NCBI GenBank assembly: GCA_050692055.1
Contig: JBOGTC010000013.1
Span: forward strand, 2,202-66,201
DNA: 64,000 nucleotides
From: Candidatus Limnocylindria bacterium
Lineage (GTDB): Bacteria > Chloroflexota > Limnocylindria > QHBO01
Direction: 5' to 3'
The position numbers and the translations under genes were made by a program. The notes beneath the pieces are model-generated. The model was not told where the DNA came from, did not search any database, and worked only from the letters and a program-made list of their open reading frames with translations. Shown piece after piece: positions 52,447 to 61,821 of this stretch (the stretch's first letter is position 1; every line of letters starts with the position of its first letter).

Positions 52447-53976
52447 TCAGTTGGCCACCACGAAGTCAACGTACTGCAGCCCGGTCAGACGCTTTCCACC
52501 GTCAACCGCATCGACCCGCAGCACCAGCGTGTGGAGGCCGTTGGCCATGGTCGTCGTGTCGATCCGCAGCGACCCGCGGAACTCGCTGTTCCACTGGCCG
52601 AGCACGATTCCACCGCCGTCCGAGTCCTCATCGTTGTGATGGAAGTCGGGACCGATGTAGGCCGCGCTGAAGGTCGTCTGCCCACCGCCAGAACCGGCAT
52701 CGAGCCGGACCTGCGGCTGCCACACGCCGCTGACCGTCTGGCCCGGCAACACGCCCGTGAGGGACTGCAGCACCGGATTCTGGTAGCCGTTATCGGTATA
52801 CCAGCCGCGACCCACGATGCCGCCGATGCCGTCGCGCTGGCCACCGTCCGAATTGCCGTTCTCCGTCCTGATCGGCCAGCCGGAGCTGGTGAGCATGACC
52901 TCGCCGTTGGACAGCTCGACGCGCGGCTTGAACCTCAGCTCGTGCCACCCGTCGTTGGCCTTGGTGGTATCGACACGGGTACGGACCCAGTACTCGCACG
53001 TTCGGCCAGTGCCACACGTCTCGTCCATGCCGACCGCGTGCAGGTTCCCTTGCCCCGCGTGATTCGTGAACAGCGCGGTCTCATAGCGGAACAGGTGGCC
53101 GGGGTTGTCGTGCAGGGTGATGAGCGTGTCGAAGGTGACCACGCCCGAAACGGTCTGTCCCAGCGGCACGCACGACGCGGCGTGCAGGTGCGCGATCTGG
53201 CCCTCCGCCAACGGGTCGCCCTCCCACCACGTGTGAATCTGTAGGAAGGTCCTCGGCTCGGGGTAGCCGGTGCACGTCACCGGGTTGCCCGACCCGGCCG
53301 CGTGTCCGGGCTGCTGAGCGGTCGCGCTTTCCTCGTGCTGCTCCGGGGTCGGCTGCGCAGTCGGCTCGCCAGTGGTCACCACCGGGGCCGGGGCCGGGGC
53401 AGCCACCGTCGTCGGCGCCGGTGTCGGCTCTTCACTCGGCAGCTGGGGCGCCGGAACGGTCAGCTCTGGTCCGCCGCCCAGGTCGGTTGTCGTCGGATCT
53501 GCCAGCACGGGCGTCGGGTCCGGCTCGACAGCGACCGGCAGCTCCAGCACGCGCACGGTAACGGTCGCCTCACGCGGTTCGCCCGAATCGCTCGAATGCT
53601 CGACCGCCGTCAGCTCATACGAACCCTCCTCAGCGTCGGCCGGCACGGTCACGACCGTCTCGAATCTGCCTGCGCTATCGGCGATCACGACGGCCATGCC
53701 CTGCGACGAGCCATTCCAGCGCAGCTCGATGTGAGCGTTCGGAGCGAAGCCCTCACCCGCTGCGACCACCGCCCCACCGGGGACGGCCGCCATGATGACG
53801 GAGAGCTCCGGGCTCGCCGCCTCGACCCGGGTGCTCGCGAATGCCATGACGCACAGGACGAGCGCGATCGGGATCGTCCGGAGCGGTCCGGGTAATCGAC
53901 TGGGGCGTTTCGGTTCGGTGAGGTTGAATGACAGCTGGCGGGGTCGCTGGCTCGAGACCAGGGATGGGGCACGCAT
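52447..53976 (-). CDS. Secreted hypothetical protein: Ig-like N-domain, Pro/Thr-rich linker, ~300-aa Cys-containing domain of unknown function
   Basis: Signal-like IPIALVLCVMAFASTRVEA. Linker PTPVLADPTTTD...PTPAPTTVAAPAPAPVVTTGEPTAQPTPE. I recognised no motif in the C-domain. Confidence 0.6.
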   Translation of the reverse strand: MRAPSLVSSQRPRQLSFNLTEPKRPSRLPGPLRTIPIALVLCVMAFASTRVEAASPELSVIMAAVPGGAVVAAGEGFAPNAHIELRWNGSSQGMAVVIADSAGRFETVVTVPADAEEGSYELTAVEHSSDSGEPREATVTVRVLELPVAVEPDPTPVLADPTTTDLGGGPELTVPAPQLPSEEPTPAPTTVAAPAPAPVVTTGEPTAQPTPEQHEESATAQQPGHAAGSGNPVTCTGYPEPRTFLQIHTWWEGDPLAEGQIAHLHAASCVPLGQTVSGVVTFDTLITLHDNPGHLFRYETALFTNHAGQGNLHAVGMDETCGTGRTCEYWVRTRVDTTKANDGWHELRFKPRVELSNGEVMLTSSGWPIRTENGNSDGGQRDGIGGIVGRGWYTDNGYQNPVLQSLTGVLPGQTVSGVWQPQVRLDAGSGGGQTTFSAAYIGPDFHHNDEDSDGGGIVLGQWNSEFRGSLRIDTTTMANGLHTLVLRVDAVDGGKRLTGLQYVDFVVAN

Positions 53977-54230
53977 GCTGGGACCTTCCTCGGGTGCGGG
54001 TGCCGACTCTCATCGGCCTCGACGCGGCCCGTCAGCTCGCCCGTTCGTCCCGAGGAAGGCGCGAAATGGCGATTTGCGAGCCTCCTCGCGCAGGGCGGCA
54101 CGCGAGTTCAGGGAAGCATACAGCACCGCTCCAAGCCCGCGTGCGCCAGATCGGTACCTACGCCTACTCGAACGCGAGCGTCGTAGCTCTCCGGTCCTGG
54201 TCGGCTCCGATTGGCTCGGGTCGGCGGAGC

Positions 54231-54860
54231 CTAGGCCGGCGGCAGGTACCCGAGCTCCTCGAGCCTCGCGACCACCCTGGCGGCGCTCTCATCAGGTGTC
54301 TCGCGGCCGTCCGAGTAGCAGGTCACCTCGGCGTTCAGCGGCGCCTCGTACGGGTCGCTGACGCCGGTGAAGTTGGCGAGCTCTCCGGCCAGCGCCTTCT
54401 TGTAGAGGCCCTTGACGTCGCGCTCGGCGAGCACGTCGATGGGCGCCTCGACGTACACCTCCACGAAGCGTCCGATGTTGGCGCGCACCTCGTCGCGGAT
54501 CTCGCGATACGGGCTGATGGCGGCGGCGATGGCGACGGTCTCGTTGCGCGTGAGGAGCTCGCATACCCATCCGATGCGCCGGATGTTGGTATCGCGATCC
54601 TCCTTGCTGAAGCCGAGCCCCTTCGAGAGGTGCGTGCGCACGACGTCGCCGTCGAGCACCTCCACTCGAAGGCCGCGGGCGCGCAGCTCACGCTCCACGA
54701 TCTCGCTGATGGTGCTCTTGCCGGCCCCGGACAGGCCGGTGAACCAGATGGTGAAGCCGATGCTGGCATCGGCCGCGCGCGGCGTGCCGGCGTCGCCATG
54801 CGTGGAGGCGGCCGGGGCCTGCCCCATGGCGGCGGTCGTGTCGGGCGTATCGGTGGTCAT
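54231..54860 (-). CDS. cysC: Adenylylsulfate (APS) kinase
   Basis: ATG at 54860. Has [15 protein letters not shown] (P-loop), [21 protein letters not shown], and [23 protein letters not shown]. Confidence 0.9.
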   Translation of the reverse strand: MTTDTPDTTAAMGQAPAASTHGDAGTPRAADASIGFTIWFTGLSGAGKSTISEIVERELRARGLRVEVLDGDVVRTHLSKGLGFSKEDRDTNIRRIGWVCELLTRNETVAIAAAISPYREIRDEVRANIGRFVEVYVEAPIDVLAERDVKGLYKKALAGELANFTGVSDPYEAPLNAEVTCYSDGRETPDESAARVVARLEELGYLPPA

Positions 54861-54886
54861 CGGTCCGTTCGTCGTTGCTCCTGTGC

Positions 54887-56062
54887 TCACTGCGGTACCG
54901 GGCTGCGGTTGGCGTCGATCAGAATCTGGGCCACCTCCGGCCGGCTGAACTCCGGCGGCGGCATCTCGCCGCTCGACAGCAGCTCTCGCACCTTCGTGCC
55001 CGACAGGATGAGATGAGCCTCGTCGCCGTGCGGGCAGGTCTTGTACGACGCCATGCCCTCGCAGGCGTGACACCAGAACGTGTGCTCGAAGAAGAGCGGC
55101 GTGATCCCGAGCTCGTCCGGCCCGAACTCGTCGAAGATGTGGTGCGCGTCGTAGGTGCCGTAGTAGCTGCCGACCCCGGCATGATCGCGGCCGACGATGA
55201 AGTGGGTGCAGCCATAGTTCTTGCGCGCGATGGCGTGGAAGATCGCCTCGCGCGGGCCGCCGTAGCGCATGGCGGCGGGGTAAACGGAGAGCAGGGTGCG
55301 GTCGGCCGGATAGTAGGCGGCGAGGAGCGTCTCGTAGGCGCGCATGCGCACGTCGGCCGGAGTATCGTCCGACTTCGTGTCGCCGACCAGTGGGTGGACC
55401 ATCAGGCCGTCGACCACTTCCAGCGCGACCTTGGTGAGGTACTCATGAGCGCGGTGGATCGGGTTTCGCGTCTGGAACCCTACCACGCGTCGCCAGCCCC
55501 GCTCGGCGAAGATGGCACGGGTCTGCGCGGGGGCCCGACGGTGCTCCGCGAACGGAGGATCCTGGGGTTCTTCGAGCACCCAGACCTCGCCGCCGAGGTA
55601 GACGTCACCGGCCGCCTGGATGCGCGCGACGCCGGGGTGCGCCTCCTCCGTCGTACGGAAGACGCTCCGGGCCTCGTGCTCCTTGTCGTAGGCGTACTTC
55701 TCCGATAGCTCGAGGATGCCGACCGCCCTCCCGGCGTCGTCCACCAGCGAGATCTCCGAGCCGATCTCGAGCCGGTCGGCATGGTCGCGAGGCACGGCCA
55801 GGGCCACCGGGATGGTCCAGGGCAGTCCGTTGGCCAGGCGCATCAGGTCCACGACGCTGCGGTAGTCCGCCTCGCCCATGAACCCGGTCAGCGGGCTGAA
55901 GGCGCCGTTGCCGATCAGCTCGAGGTCCGAGATGCCGACTGAGCTGAGCGTGACGGCAGGAAGGCTGCTCGACCGCTCCCGCGCGGCCTCGCGCGCGGAG
56001 TCGGTGAGCTGGCGATCGACGAGGGTCCCTCCGTGAGGGGCGATCTGAACGGAATTGGACAC
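54887..56062 (-). CDS. sat: Sulfate adenylyltransferase (ATP sulfurylase)
   Basis: Has [26 protein letters not shown], and [12 protein letters not shown]. Confidence 0.95.
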   Translation of the reverse strand: MSNSVQIAPHGGTLVDRQLTDSAREAARERSSSLPAVTLSSVGISDLELIGNGAFSPLTGFMGEADYRSVVDLMRLANGLPWTIPVALAVPRDHADRLEIGSEISLVDDAGRAVGILELSEKYAYDKEHEARSVFRTTEEAHPGVARIQAAGDVYLGGEVWVLEEPQDPPFAEHRRAPAQTRAIFAERGWRRVVGFQTRNPIHRAHEYLTKVALEVVDGLMVHPLVGDTKSDDTPADVRMRAYETLLAAYYPADRTLLSVYPAAMRYGGPREAIFHAIARKNYGCTHFIVGRDHAGVGSYYGTYDAHHIFDEFGPDELGITPLFFEHTFWCHACEGMASYKTCPHGDEAHLILSGTKVRELLSSGEMPPPEFSRPEVAQILIDANRSPVPQ

Positions 56063-56161
56063 GAACGGCGGATCCTCCGGTGATGTGACGGGGCCATCGG
56101 AATACCGGTGGCGGCGGGCGGCGGCCTCCTATGGTAGCGCGTCCGCCGATCTGCCCCGTCC

Positions 56162-57931
56162 TCAGAAGGGAAAGGCGAGCGGGATCAGGACGGTCGCCAG
56201 CACGATGGTCATGAGGTTCAACGGCAGGCCCACTCGCGTGAAGTCGGAGAACCGGTACCCACCGAGCCCGTAGACGAGCAGGTTCGTCTGGTATCCGATG
56301 GGCGTCAGGAACGAAAGGCTGGCGCCCAGCGCCACGGCGATGACGAACGGGCGCGGATCGCTGCCCGTGGCGGCAGCGGTCGCCAGCGCGACCGGAAACG
56401 CGATGACCGCCGCTGCGTTGTTCGAGATGAGCTCGGTGAGCAGCATGGTCGTGATCAGCACGGCCGCCAGGACGCCGAGCGGCCCGAACGGCTCCATGAC
56501 GCCGACTAGGAGCCCCGCGATCGCCTCGCCGAGGCCGCTCTTCTCCACCGCCGAGCCCAGGCCGAACGCCGCAGCGATGAGGATGACGATGTTGAGATCC
56601 ACCGCGTCGCGTGCCTGGCGGACGGTGAGCACCCGCGTGGCGACGATTGCCAGCGCCGCACCCAGCGAGGCATGGAGAATCGGCACGATCCCGAGGCCGG
56701 TCAGCGCCACCAGCGCGAAGCCGATGATGCCCACCAGTCCGGCCTTGCGCGGCTGCGTGGGCGGGATTCCTCCCAGGGAGGCGACGACCAGGAAGTCGAG
56801 CCTGTCGCGCCAGCGGTCGCGAAACGCGCGATCGCCGAGCACCAGGAGCGTGTCGCCGAGGCGCAACGGCACCTCGCCCAGCTTGGCGTCGATCCGTTGG
56901 CCGGCGCGGTGGATGGCAAGCACCGCGGCGTCATACCGCGCCCGGAATCCGATCTCCTTCAGCGTGTGGCCCACGAGGTCGCCGCCCGCCCCGACGACGA
57001 CCTCGTAGAAGCGGTGGCCGCCGGTGGCGAGCTCGTCGATGTGCCGGCTCTCGGCTGACTCCAGGCCGCGCATGCGCTGGAGGTCCACGATCTGGTCGAC
57101 GCGCCCGACGAAGGTCAGCAGGTCGCCACCGGCCAGCGGCTCATGCGGCGCCACTGGCACGATGCGCCGTCCCCCCCGCTCGATCTCGACCAGGAAGACC
57201 CCCTGGAGCTGCCGCAGGCCGGCCGTCTCGACCGTGGAGCCATCGACGGGACCAGCGGCTGCCACCCGCATCGTCACCGTGAAGTCCCGGCCGCCGGCGG
57301 CGATCGCCTCGCGCGAGGAGTCGCGCGCCGGCAGCAGGCGACCTGCGACCAGCACCATGAGCAGGCAACCCACGATCGCGATTGGCAGGCCCACCGGAGT
57401 GAGCTCGAACAGATCGAGCGGGGGCATGCCCGACTCGACCAGCAGACCTGAGACGGTGAGATTCGTCGACGTGCCGATTGCGGTGATCACGCCGCCCAGG
57501 ACCGCCGCATAGCTGAGCGGGATGAGGAAGCGCGAGGGAGGGAGCCCCCGTCGCTGCGAGAGCTCGAGCACGGCGGGCACCGTCATCGCCACCAGCGTGG
57601 TGTTGTTGAGAAAGCCGGACATCCCGGCGATCGGGAACAGCAGGCGCGCGAGCAGCACCCGCCCCTGCCGCGCGGATCCGAACAGCCCGGCCACCACGGG
57701 CTGCATCACGCCCGCCACGTCAACCGCCCGAGCGAGAATCAGTAGCGCGCCGACCACGATGGGCGCCTCGCTGCTGAATCCGCGAAACGCCTCGTCGGGC
57801 TCGACGAGTCCGATGAGCAGCAGGACGATGGTGGCGGCCAGGACCGCCAGCGCAGGCTGAACCATGTCGCGCGCCAGCACGACCACGAGCGCCACGATGA
57901 CGCCCAACGTGAGCCAGGCTTCGAGTCCCAT
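56162..57931 (-). CDS. SLC13/DASS-family anion permease with two central TrkA-C (RCK_C) domains, putative sulfate transporter
   Basis: ATG at 57931 (MGLEAWLTLGVIVALVVVLARD). The longer ORF to 58369 overlaps nrnA and reads as low-complexity. Two RCK_C-like segments (GSTVETAGLRQLQGVFLVEIERGG..., LVGHTLKEIGFRARYDAAVLAIHRAG...) are flanked by TM bundles. Confidence 0.8.
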   Translation of the reverse strand: MGLEAWLTLGVIVALVVVLARDMVQPALAVLAATIVLLLIGLVEPDEAFRGFSSEAPIVVGALLILARAVDVAGVMQPVVAGLFGSARQGRVLLARLLFPIAGMSGFLNNTTLVAMTVPAVLELSQRRGLPPSRFLIPLSYAAVLGGVITAIGTSTNLTVSGLLVESGMPPLDLFELTPVGLPIAIVGCLLMVLVAGRLLPARDSSREAIAAGGRDFTVTMRVAAAGPVDGSTVETAGLRQLQGVFLVEIERGGRRIVPVAPHEPLAGGDLLTFVGRVDQIVDLQRMRGLESAESRHIDELATGGHRFYEVVVGAGGDLVGHTLKEIGFRARYDAAVLAIHRAGQRIDAKLGEVPLRLGDTLLVLGDRAFRDRWRDRLDFLVVASLGGIPPTQPRKAGLVGIIGFALVALTGLGIVPILHASLGAALAIVATRVLTVRQARDAVDLNIVILIAAAFGLGSAVEKSGLGEAIAGLLVGVMEPFGPLGVLAAVLITTMLLTELISNNAAAVIAFPVALATAAATGSDPRPFVIAVALGASLSFLTPIGYQTNLLVYGLGGYRFSDFTRVGLPLNLMTIVLATVLIPLAFPF

Positions 57932-58025
57932 GCAGTGCGCCGTCCTGGAAGTAGAATCTGCCGGACGCCCCGGCCTGCCCGCAGTAAGCGGTGACGAGTC
58001 CGTCGGGCAGGGAGGATACCTGTTG

Positions 58026-59030
58026 ATGACACCGGCCGAAGGGCCGACGGACGACCTTCCCGTCGTTGCGGCGCTGCTCGCCGCGCGACGGGTGACCGCC
58101 ATCTGCCATGAGAACCCCGATGCGGACACCATCGGCGCCGCCATCGCGGTGGCGATCATCGCCGAGCAGCTCGGCAAGGAGGCGGAGATCGTGAGCGTCG
58201 ATCCTCCCGCACCCGCGTTCGGGTTCCTGCCGCGCTTCGACCAGATCATTCGGTCGCCGCGCCTCGAGCCGGACGTCGCGGTGGTGTGCGATGCGGCGTC
58301 GCTGGCACGCGTGGGCAGCATCACGTCGGACGCGGCCGAGTGGCTGTCGCGCGCCACGCTGATCAACATCGATCACCACGTGACGAACGACAGGTTCGGC
58401 GACGTCAACCACGTCGACGCTGACGCGGCCGCGACCTGCCAGGTCATCGCGGAGCTCCTGCCGCGTCTCGGCGTGCGACCGGACGCGGACGTGGCCACCG
58501 CCCTCCTCGCGGGAATCGTCCGCGACAGCCACGGCTTCTCCGACCCGGGAACCTCCGCGCGGACGCTGCGCTCGGCAGCGGACCTGGTGGAGGCCGGGGG
58601 TGACCTCGCCGCAGCCCATCGCATGCTCGTGGAGCTGCCGACCGCGACCATGGCGCTGTGGGGAAAGCTGCTCGATGCGATGGTCCCCGCGTTCGACGGC
58701 CGCATCATCTACACCATCCTCACCAAGGCGATGCTCGACGAGACCGACACGCGCCAGCACGACGCGGATGGGCTCGTCGAGTTCATGGCCAATGCGAAGG
58801 GCGTGGACGTGGCGCTGCTGCTGCGCGAGGTTGGGCCGACGACGACGCGGGTCAGCATCCGCACCAATGACCGGGTGGATGCGACGCGCATCGCGGCGGC
58901 CTTCGGAGGCGGCGGCCATGCGAGCCGAGCAGGCTGCACGATGACGGCCGCGTGCATGGACGGGCTCGATCTGCTGCTCCCGGCATGTGAGCGCGAGCTG
59001 GCGGGACTCGACGCGCGGCGGGGCACCTAG
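58026..59030 (+). CDS. nrnA: DHH/DHHA1 phosphoesterase, NrnA-type (oligoribonuclease / pAp phosphatase)
   Basis: ATG at 58026 after GGGAGGA. Has ICHENPDADTIGA (DHH motif I/II region), INIDHHVTN (DHH) and GGGGHASRAG (DHHA1 GGGH). Confidence 0.8.
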   Translation: MTPAEGPTDDLPVVAALLAARRVTAICHENPDADTIGAAIAVAIIAEQLGKEAEIVSVDPPAPAFGFLPRFDQIIRSPRLEPDVAVVCDAASLARVGSITSDAAEWLSRATLINIDHHVTNDRFGDVNHVDADAAATCQVIAELLPRLGVRPDADVATALLAGIVRDSHGFSDPGTSARTLRSAADLVEAGGDLAAAHRMLVELPTATMALWGKLLDAMVPAFDGRIIYTILTKAMLDETDTRQHDADGLVEFMANAKGVDVALLLREVGPTTTRVSIRTNDRVDATRIAAAFGGGGHASRAGCTMTAACMDGLDLLLPACERELAGLDARRGT

Positions 59031-59057
59031 TTGGCCATTGGGCCCGACGCCGCGCGC

Positions 59058-59483
59058 ATGGCATCCGGCCGCATCGTGGTGATCGCCGTCTTCTACGGGC
59101 TTCTCGGTGGCACCGCGCTGCTGATCGGGCTCGGCCCGCTGCTCCAGCCTGCCGGCCCATGGATCCGCCTGGCCGGGTTCGTGGCGATTGCAACGGGAGT
59201 GACGCTCATCGCCGCCGCGGCCGGGCTGCTGTGGCGCGGCCGCCTCGGAAGGGCGCTCGGCATCGCGGGCGGCATCGCGGCGCTCGTCCTTGGAGTCATG
59301 GTGGTCGGTCTGTCATTGGCCAGCCTGGAGAGCTGCCCCGGGCTCGACGACGCAGCGCAGCCGTGCTTCGTCCTGGTCGGGGGCATCGGCTTCATCGGGC
59401 TGCTGATCACTTTCGCCGGGCTGGGCGCCATTGCGGTCATCCGACGGACCCGCAGGAGCTTCTTCCGGCCACGACGCCCGTAG
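59058..59483 (+). CDS. Hypothetical 4-TM membrane protein
   Basis: Hydrophobic segments with a basic C-terminal tail. The start is either TTG at 59031 or ATG at 59058. Confidence 0.45.
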   Translation: MASGRIVVIAVFYGLLGGTALLIGLGPLLQPAGPWIRLAGFVAIATGVTLIAAAAGLLWRGRLGRALGIAGGIAALVLGVMVVGLSLASLESCPGLDDAAQPCFVLVGGIGFIGLLITFAGLGAIAVIRRTRRSFFRPRRP

Positions 59484-59510
59484 GCTCCTCGAGAAGCGCG
59501 GCGGGGGCCG

Positions 59511-59852
59511 TCACGCCGGCCCGCGGACGAGGGCAGGAAGCTCTCTCACGAGCCTGGAGCGCGCCCACATCGGGCCGAGACCATGACGCTTCGCGTCCGC
59601 GTGCGCCTGGAGGTCGGTATGAGGGCCGAACAACACGAGCCTTGTGCCCGGTGCCGATGATCGCCACGTCCGCAGCGCATCTTCCCAGCCAGCTGCTCGC
59701 TCGTTCCAGTCGACGAGCACCACGTCCGCCTGCGCCGGGGGCGGCAGCTGCTGCGGGGAGTCGACGCGGCTCAGCTCGGCACCGGCCTGGCGCGCCGCGG
59801 CCTCGATTCTGCTGAACAGCATGAGGTCGCGCACCACGGCGACCACCTTCAC
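59511..59852 (-). CDS. Small hypothetical protein with receiver-like (CheY-like) topology
   Basis: MKVVAVVRDLMLFSRIE...ADVVLVDWN...TRLVLFGPH resembles a beta-alpha receiver layout, but the acidic pocket is not clearly conserved. 4-nt overlap with the upstream gene. Confidence 0.4.
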   Translation of the reverse strand: MKVVAVVRDLMLFSRIEAAARQAGAELSRVDSPQQLPPPAQADVVLVDWNERAAGWEDALRTWRSSAPGTRLVLFGPHTDLQAHADAKRHGLGPMWARSRLVRELPALVRGPA

Positions 59853-60253
59853 GCCTGCAGCTGCTCCTCGTCCCGGTCGACCGGCTGCGGTGGCACCGGC
59901 TGCGGCCCTTCCTCGCTGCCACCTGCGGCCAGGGGCGCGTGATAACCGTTGCCGTTCATCGTCTGCTCCATCACATAGCGCGCGATGTGCATCGGGTACA
60001 CGCCGACGATCACCGGCGCTCGCACCTCGACCGACAGCTCGATGCCGATCTCGTCACGCTCCCACAGGTCCTGGACCTTGAGCGCCTCCCGCTCGGGCAG
60101 GCCGACGAAGGCGCTGGTGCCGTTGCGCGCGATGTTGCTCATCGCCTCCGGATCGAGGTTGAAGCGCCTGCGAAGGTCCGTGATGGCGACGTATGGGCGG
60201 GATGTGAGGTATCGGCGGAGACTGGAGGTGCTCGGCCGTTTGCTGGCAGACAT
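59849..60253 (-). CDS. Hypothetical protein
   Basis: ORF with high-GC3 codon usage, 28 nt downstream of the proline dehydrogenase gene on the same strand. No motif recognised. Confidence 0.45.
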   Translation of the reverse strand: MSASKRPSTSSLRRYLTSRPYVAITDLRRRFNLDPEAMSNIARNGTSAFVGLPEREALKVQDLWERDEIGIELSVEVRAPVIVGVYPMHIARYVMEQTMNGNGYHAPLAAGGSEEGPQPVPPQPVDRDEEQLQA

Positions 60254-60280
60254 CAGTCGTTCCCGTCAGTCTACCCCTGT

Positions 60281-61210
60281 TCAGGATCGCTCGCCGAAGA
60301 CACTCCGCAGGACGAACCACACGTTGGCCGGTCGCTCGGCCAGGCGCCGCATGAAGTACGGGTACCACTCCGTGCCGTATGGCACGTAGATGCGCAGGCG
60401 ATAGCCCTGCTCGATCAGCCGGCGCTGGAGGTCACGTCGGATGCCATAGAGCATCTGGAACTCGAACTGATGCGCCGTGATCCCGCGCTCGCGCGCGTGC
60501 GCCCTGACGCGCTCGATCATGGCCGGGTCGTGCGTGGCGATCCCGGGGTAGGCGTCGGCATCCAGGAGGCGACGGCTGAGCTCGACGAACGAGTCGCCGA
60601 TGGCCTGGCGTTCCTGCATCGCCACCTCCGGCGGCTCCGCGTACGCGCCCTTGCAGATGCGCGTCCGCACGCGATCCACGGCGAGCGCCTCGACGTCCCG
60701 GCGGGACCGATGCAGGTAGGACTGGATCACCGGTCCCACGTCGCAGCCATCGGCCCGCAGACGGCGCACGACCTCCAGGGTCCGGTCGGTGTAGGCCGAT
60801 GACTCCATGTCGATGCGCACGAAGATGCCGCGCCGGTGCCCCGCCTCGACGACGGGCCGGATCACTTCGAGGCACTCATCGACCCCGAGGTCGAGCCCCA
60901 TCTGCGTCAGCTTGAGACTGACGTTGGCGTCGAGGCCCTCGGCCGCGATGCGCTCGATGGCCTCCACGTACTGTGCCGCTGCCCGATCGGCCGAGGCGCG
61001 GTCGATCACGCTCTCGCCGAGCACGTCGAGCGTGGCCGTGGCGCCGGTTGCATTCAGCGCGCGAACGGCGCGGGCCGCCTGGTCCAGCGTGGTGCCGGCC
61101 ACGAAGCGCAGCGGCATGCGGCGCAGGAGCGGCGTTGCCAGCGCCACCCGCGCGATCCAGCGGCGGTCGCTGAGCCACAGGAAGAACCCGCGCAGCGCGG
61201 CGCTGAGCAT
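60281..61210 (-). CDS. Proline dehydrogenase
   Basis: Has RFVAGTTLDQAARAVRALNATGATATLDVLGESV, VSLKLTQMGL, IDMESSAYTDRTL, ICKGAY, and QMLYGIRRDLQ. Confidence 0.85.
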   Translation of the reverse strand: MLSAALRGFFLWLSDRRWIARVALATPLLRRMPLRFVAGTTLDQAARAVRALNATGATATLDVLGESVIDRASADRAAAQYVEAIERIAAEGLDANVSLKLTQMGLDLGVDECLEVIRPVVEAGHRRGIFVRIDMESSAYTDRTLEVVRRLRADGCDVGPVIQSYLHRSRRDVEALAVDRVRTRICKGAYAEPPEVAMQERQAIGDSFVELSRRLLDADAYPGIATHDPAMIERVRAHARERGITAHQFEFQMLYGIRRDLQRRLIEQGYRLRIYVPYGTEWYPYFMRRLAERPANVWFVLRSVFGERS

Positions 61211-61527
61211 CAGCGGCGGCCGTGGCTCCAGCCACGCGCACGCTCCACGGCGTTGCGAATCAGCGCCTTGCTCGGCACGTTGGAGCCATGTCCGTAGTCG
61301 CGCTGGCGCAGAGCCACGGAGCGCGCCGACGGCGGATCGATGTCGCTCCCGTCGATGCGGATGGTGGGCGAGCCGCGGAAGCCGAGGAGCTCGGCATCGT
61401 CCTCGGAGGCGACCGCGATCATCTGGATCGGCGTCTCGAACGCGTCCTCGGTCAGCACCTCAACGAGGTTCTGGCGAGCCTGCATGTAGCCGGGGTCGTC
61501 CTCGATGTAGAGCAGCTCGACGCGCAC
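61210..61527 (-). CDS. Thioredoxin-fold-like small protein lacking the usual Cys motif
   Basis: MRVELLYIEDDPGYMQARQNLVEVL...LGFRGSPTIRIDGSDI resembles small Trx-like proteins, but EDDPGY occupies the usual (G/D)CP position. Assignment is from memory of the family and is weak. Confidence 0.45.
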   Translation of the reverse strand: MRVELLYIEDDPGYMQARQNLVEVLTEDAFETPIQMIAVASEDDAELLGFRGSPTIRIDGSDIDPPSARSVALRQRDYGHGSNVPSKALIRNAVERARGWSHGRR

Positions 61528-61530
61528 GGC

Positions 61531-61800
61531 TCAGCTGGTTGCGAAAAAGGCGACCAGCGCCACGACGGCGAAGGCGCCGAGGGCGGCACCGGCGTACATC
61601 CGGCGACGCTCCTCGCCGGTCATTCCCTCGCGCGTCGAGGCGCGAGGCCCACGGGATGCACGCCCGCGCCATGCGAGGTAGCGCTCCGCGTTCGTGTCGC
61701 GCGTATCGCGCGCCCGATAGGCCCGCCAGGCCGGCCACGCCACGAGGTAGGCGGCCACGCCGGCGGGGACGGCCGCCAGCAGCCAGAGGATCGCGGACAT
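61531..61800 (-). CDS. Small 2-TM membrane protein
   Basis: The hydrophobic N-terminus (ILWLLAAVPAGVAAYLVAW) and C-terminus (YAGAALGAFAVVALVAFFA) flank an Arg-rich loop. Confidence 0.4.
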   Translation of the reverse strand: MSAILWLLAAVPAGVAAYLVAWPAWRAYRARDTRDTNAERYLAWRGRASRGPRASTREGMTGEERRRMYAGAALGAFAVVALVAFFATS

Positions 61801-61821
61801 GCGCTCAGGCTACCGGATCGC

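Noticed and set aside
57952-57957. TAGAAT hexamer as the -10 box for nrnA in the divergent permease/nrnA spacer.
   Set aside because: No convincing -35 element lies at 16-18 nt spacing. A single hexamer match in a 94-nt spacer is too weak to report as a feature.
56162-58369. The full 735-aa ORF for the anion permease.
   Set aside because: The first ~145 codons are low-complexity and overlap the divergent nrnA gene. The recognisable permease begins at MGLEAWLTLGVIV (ATG at 57931).
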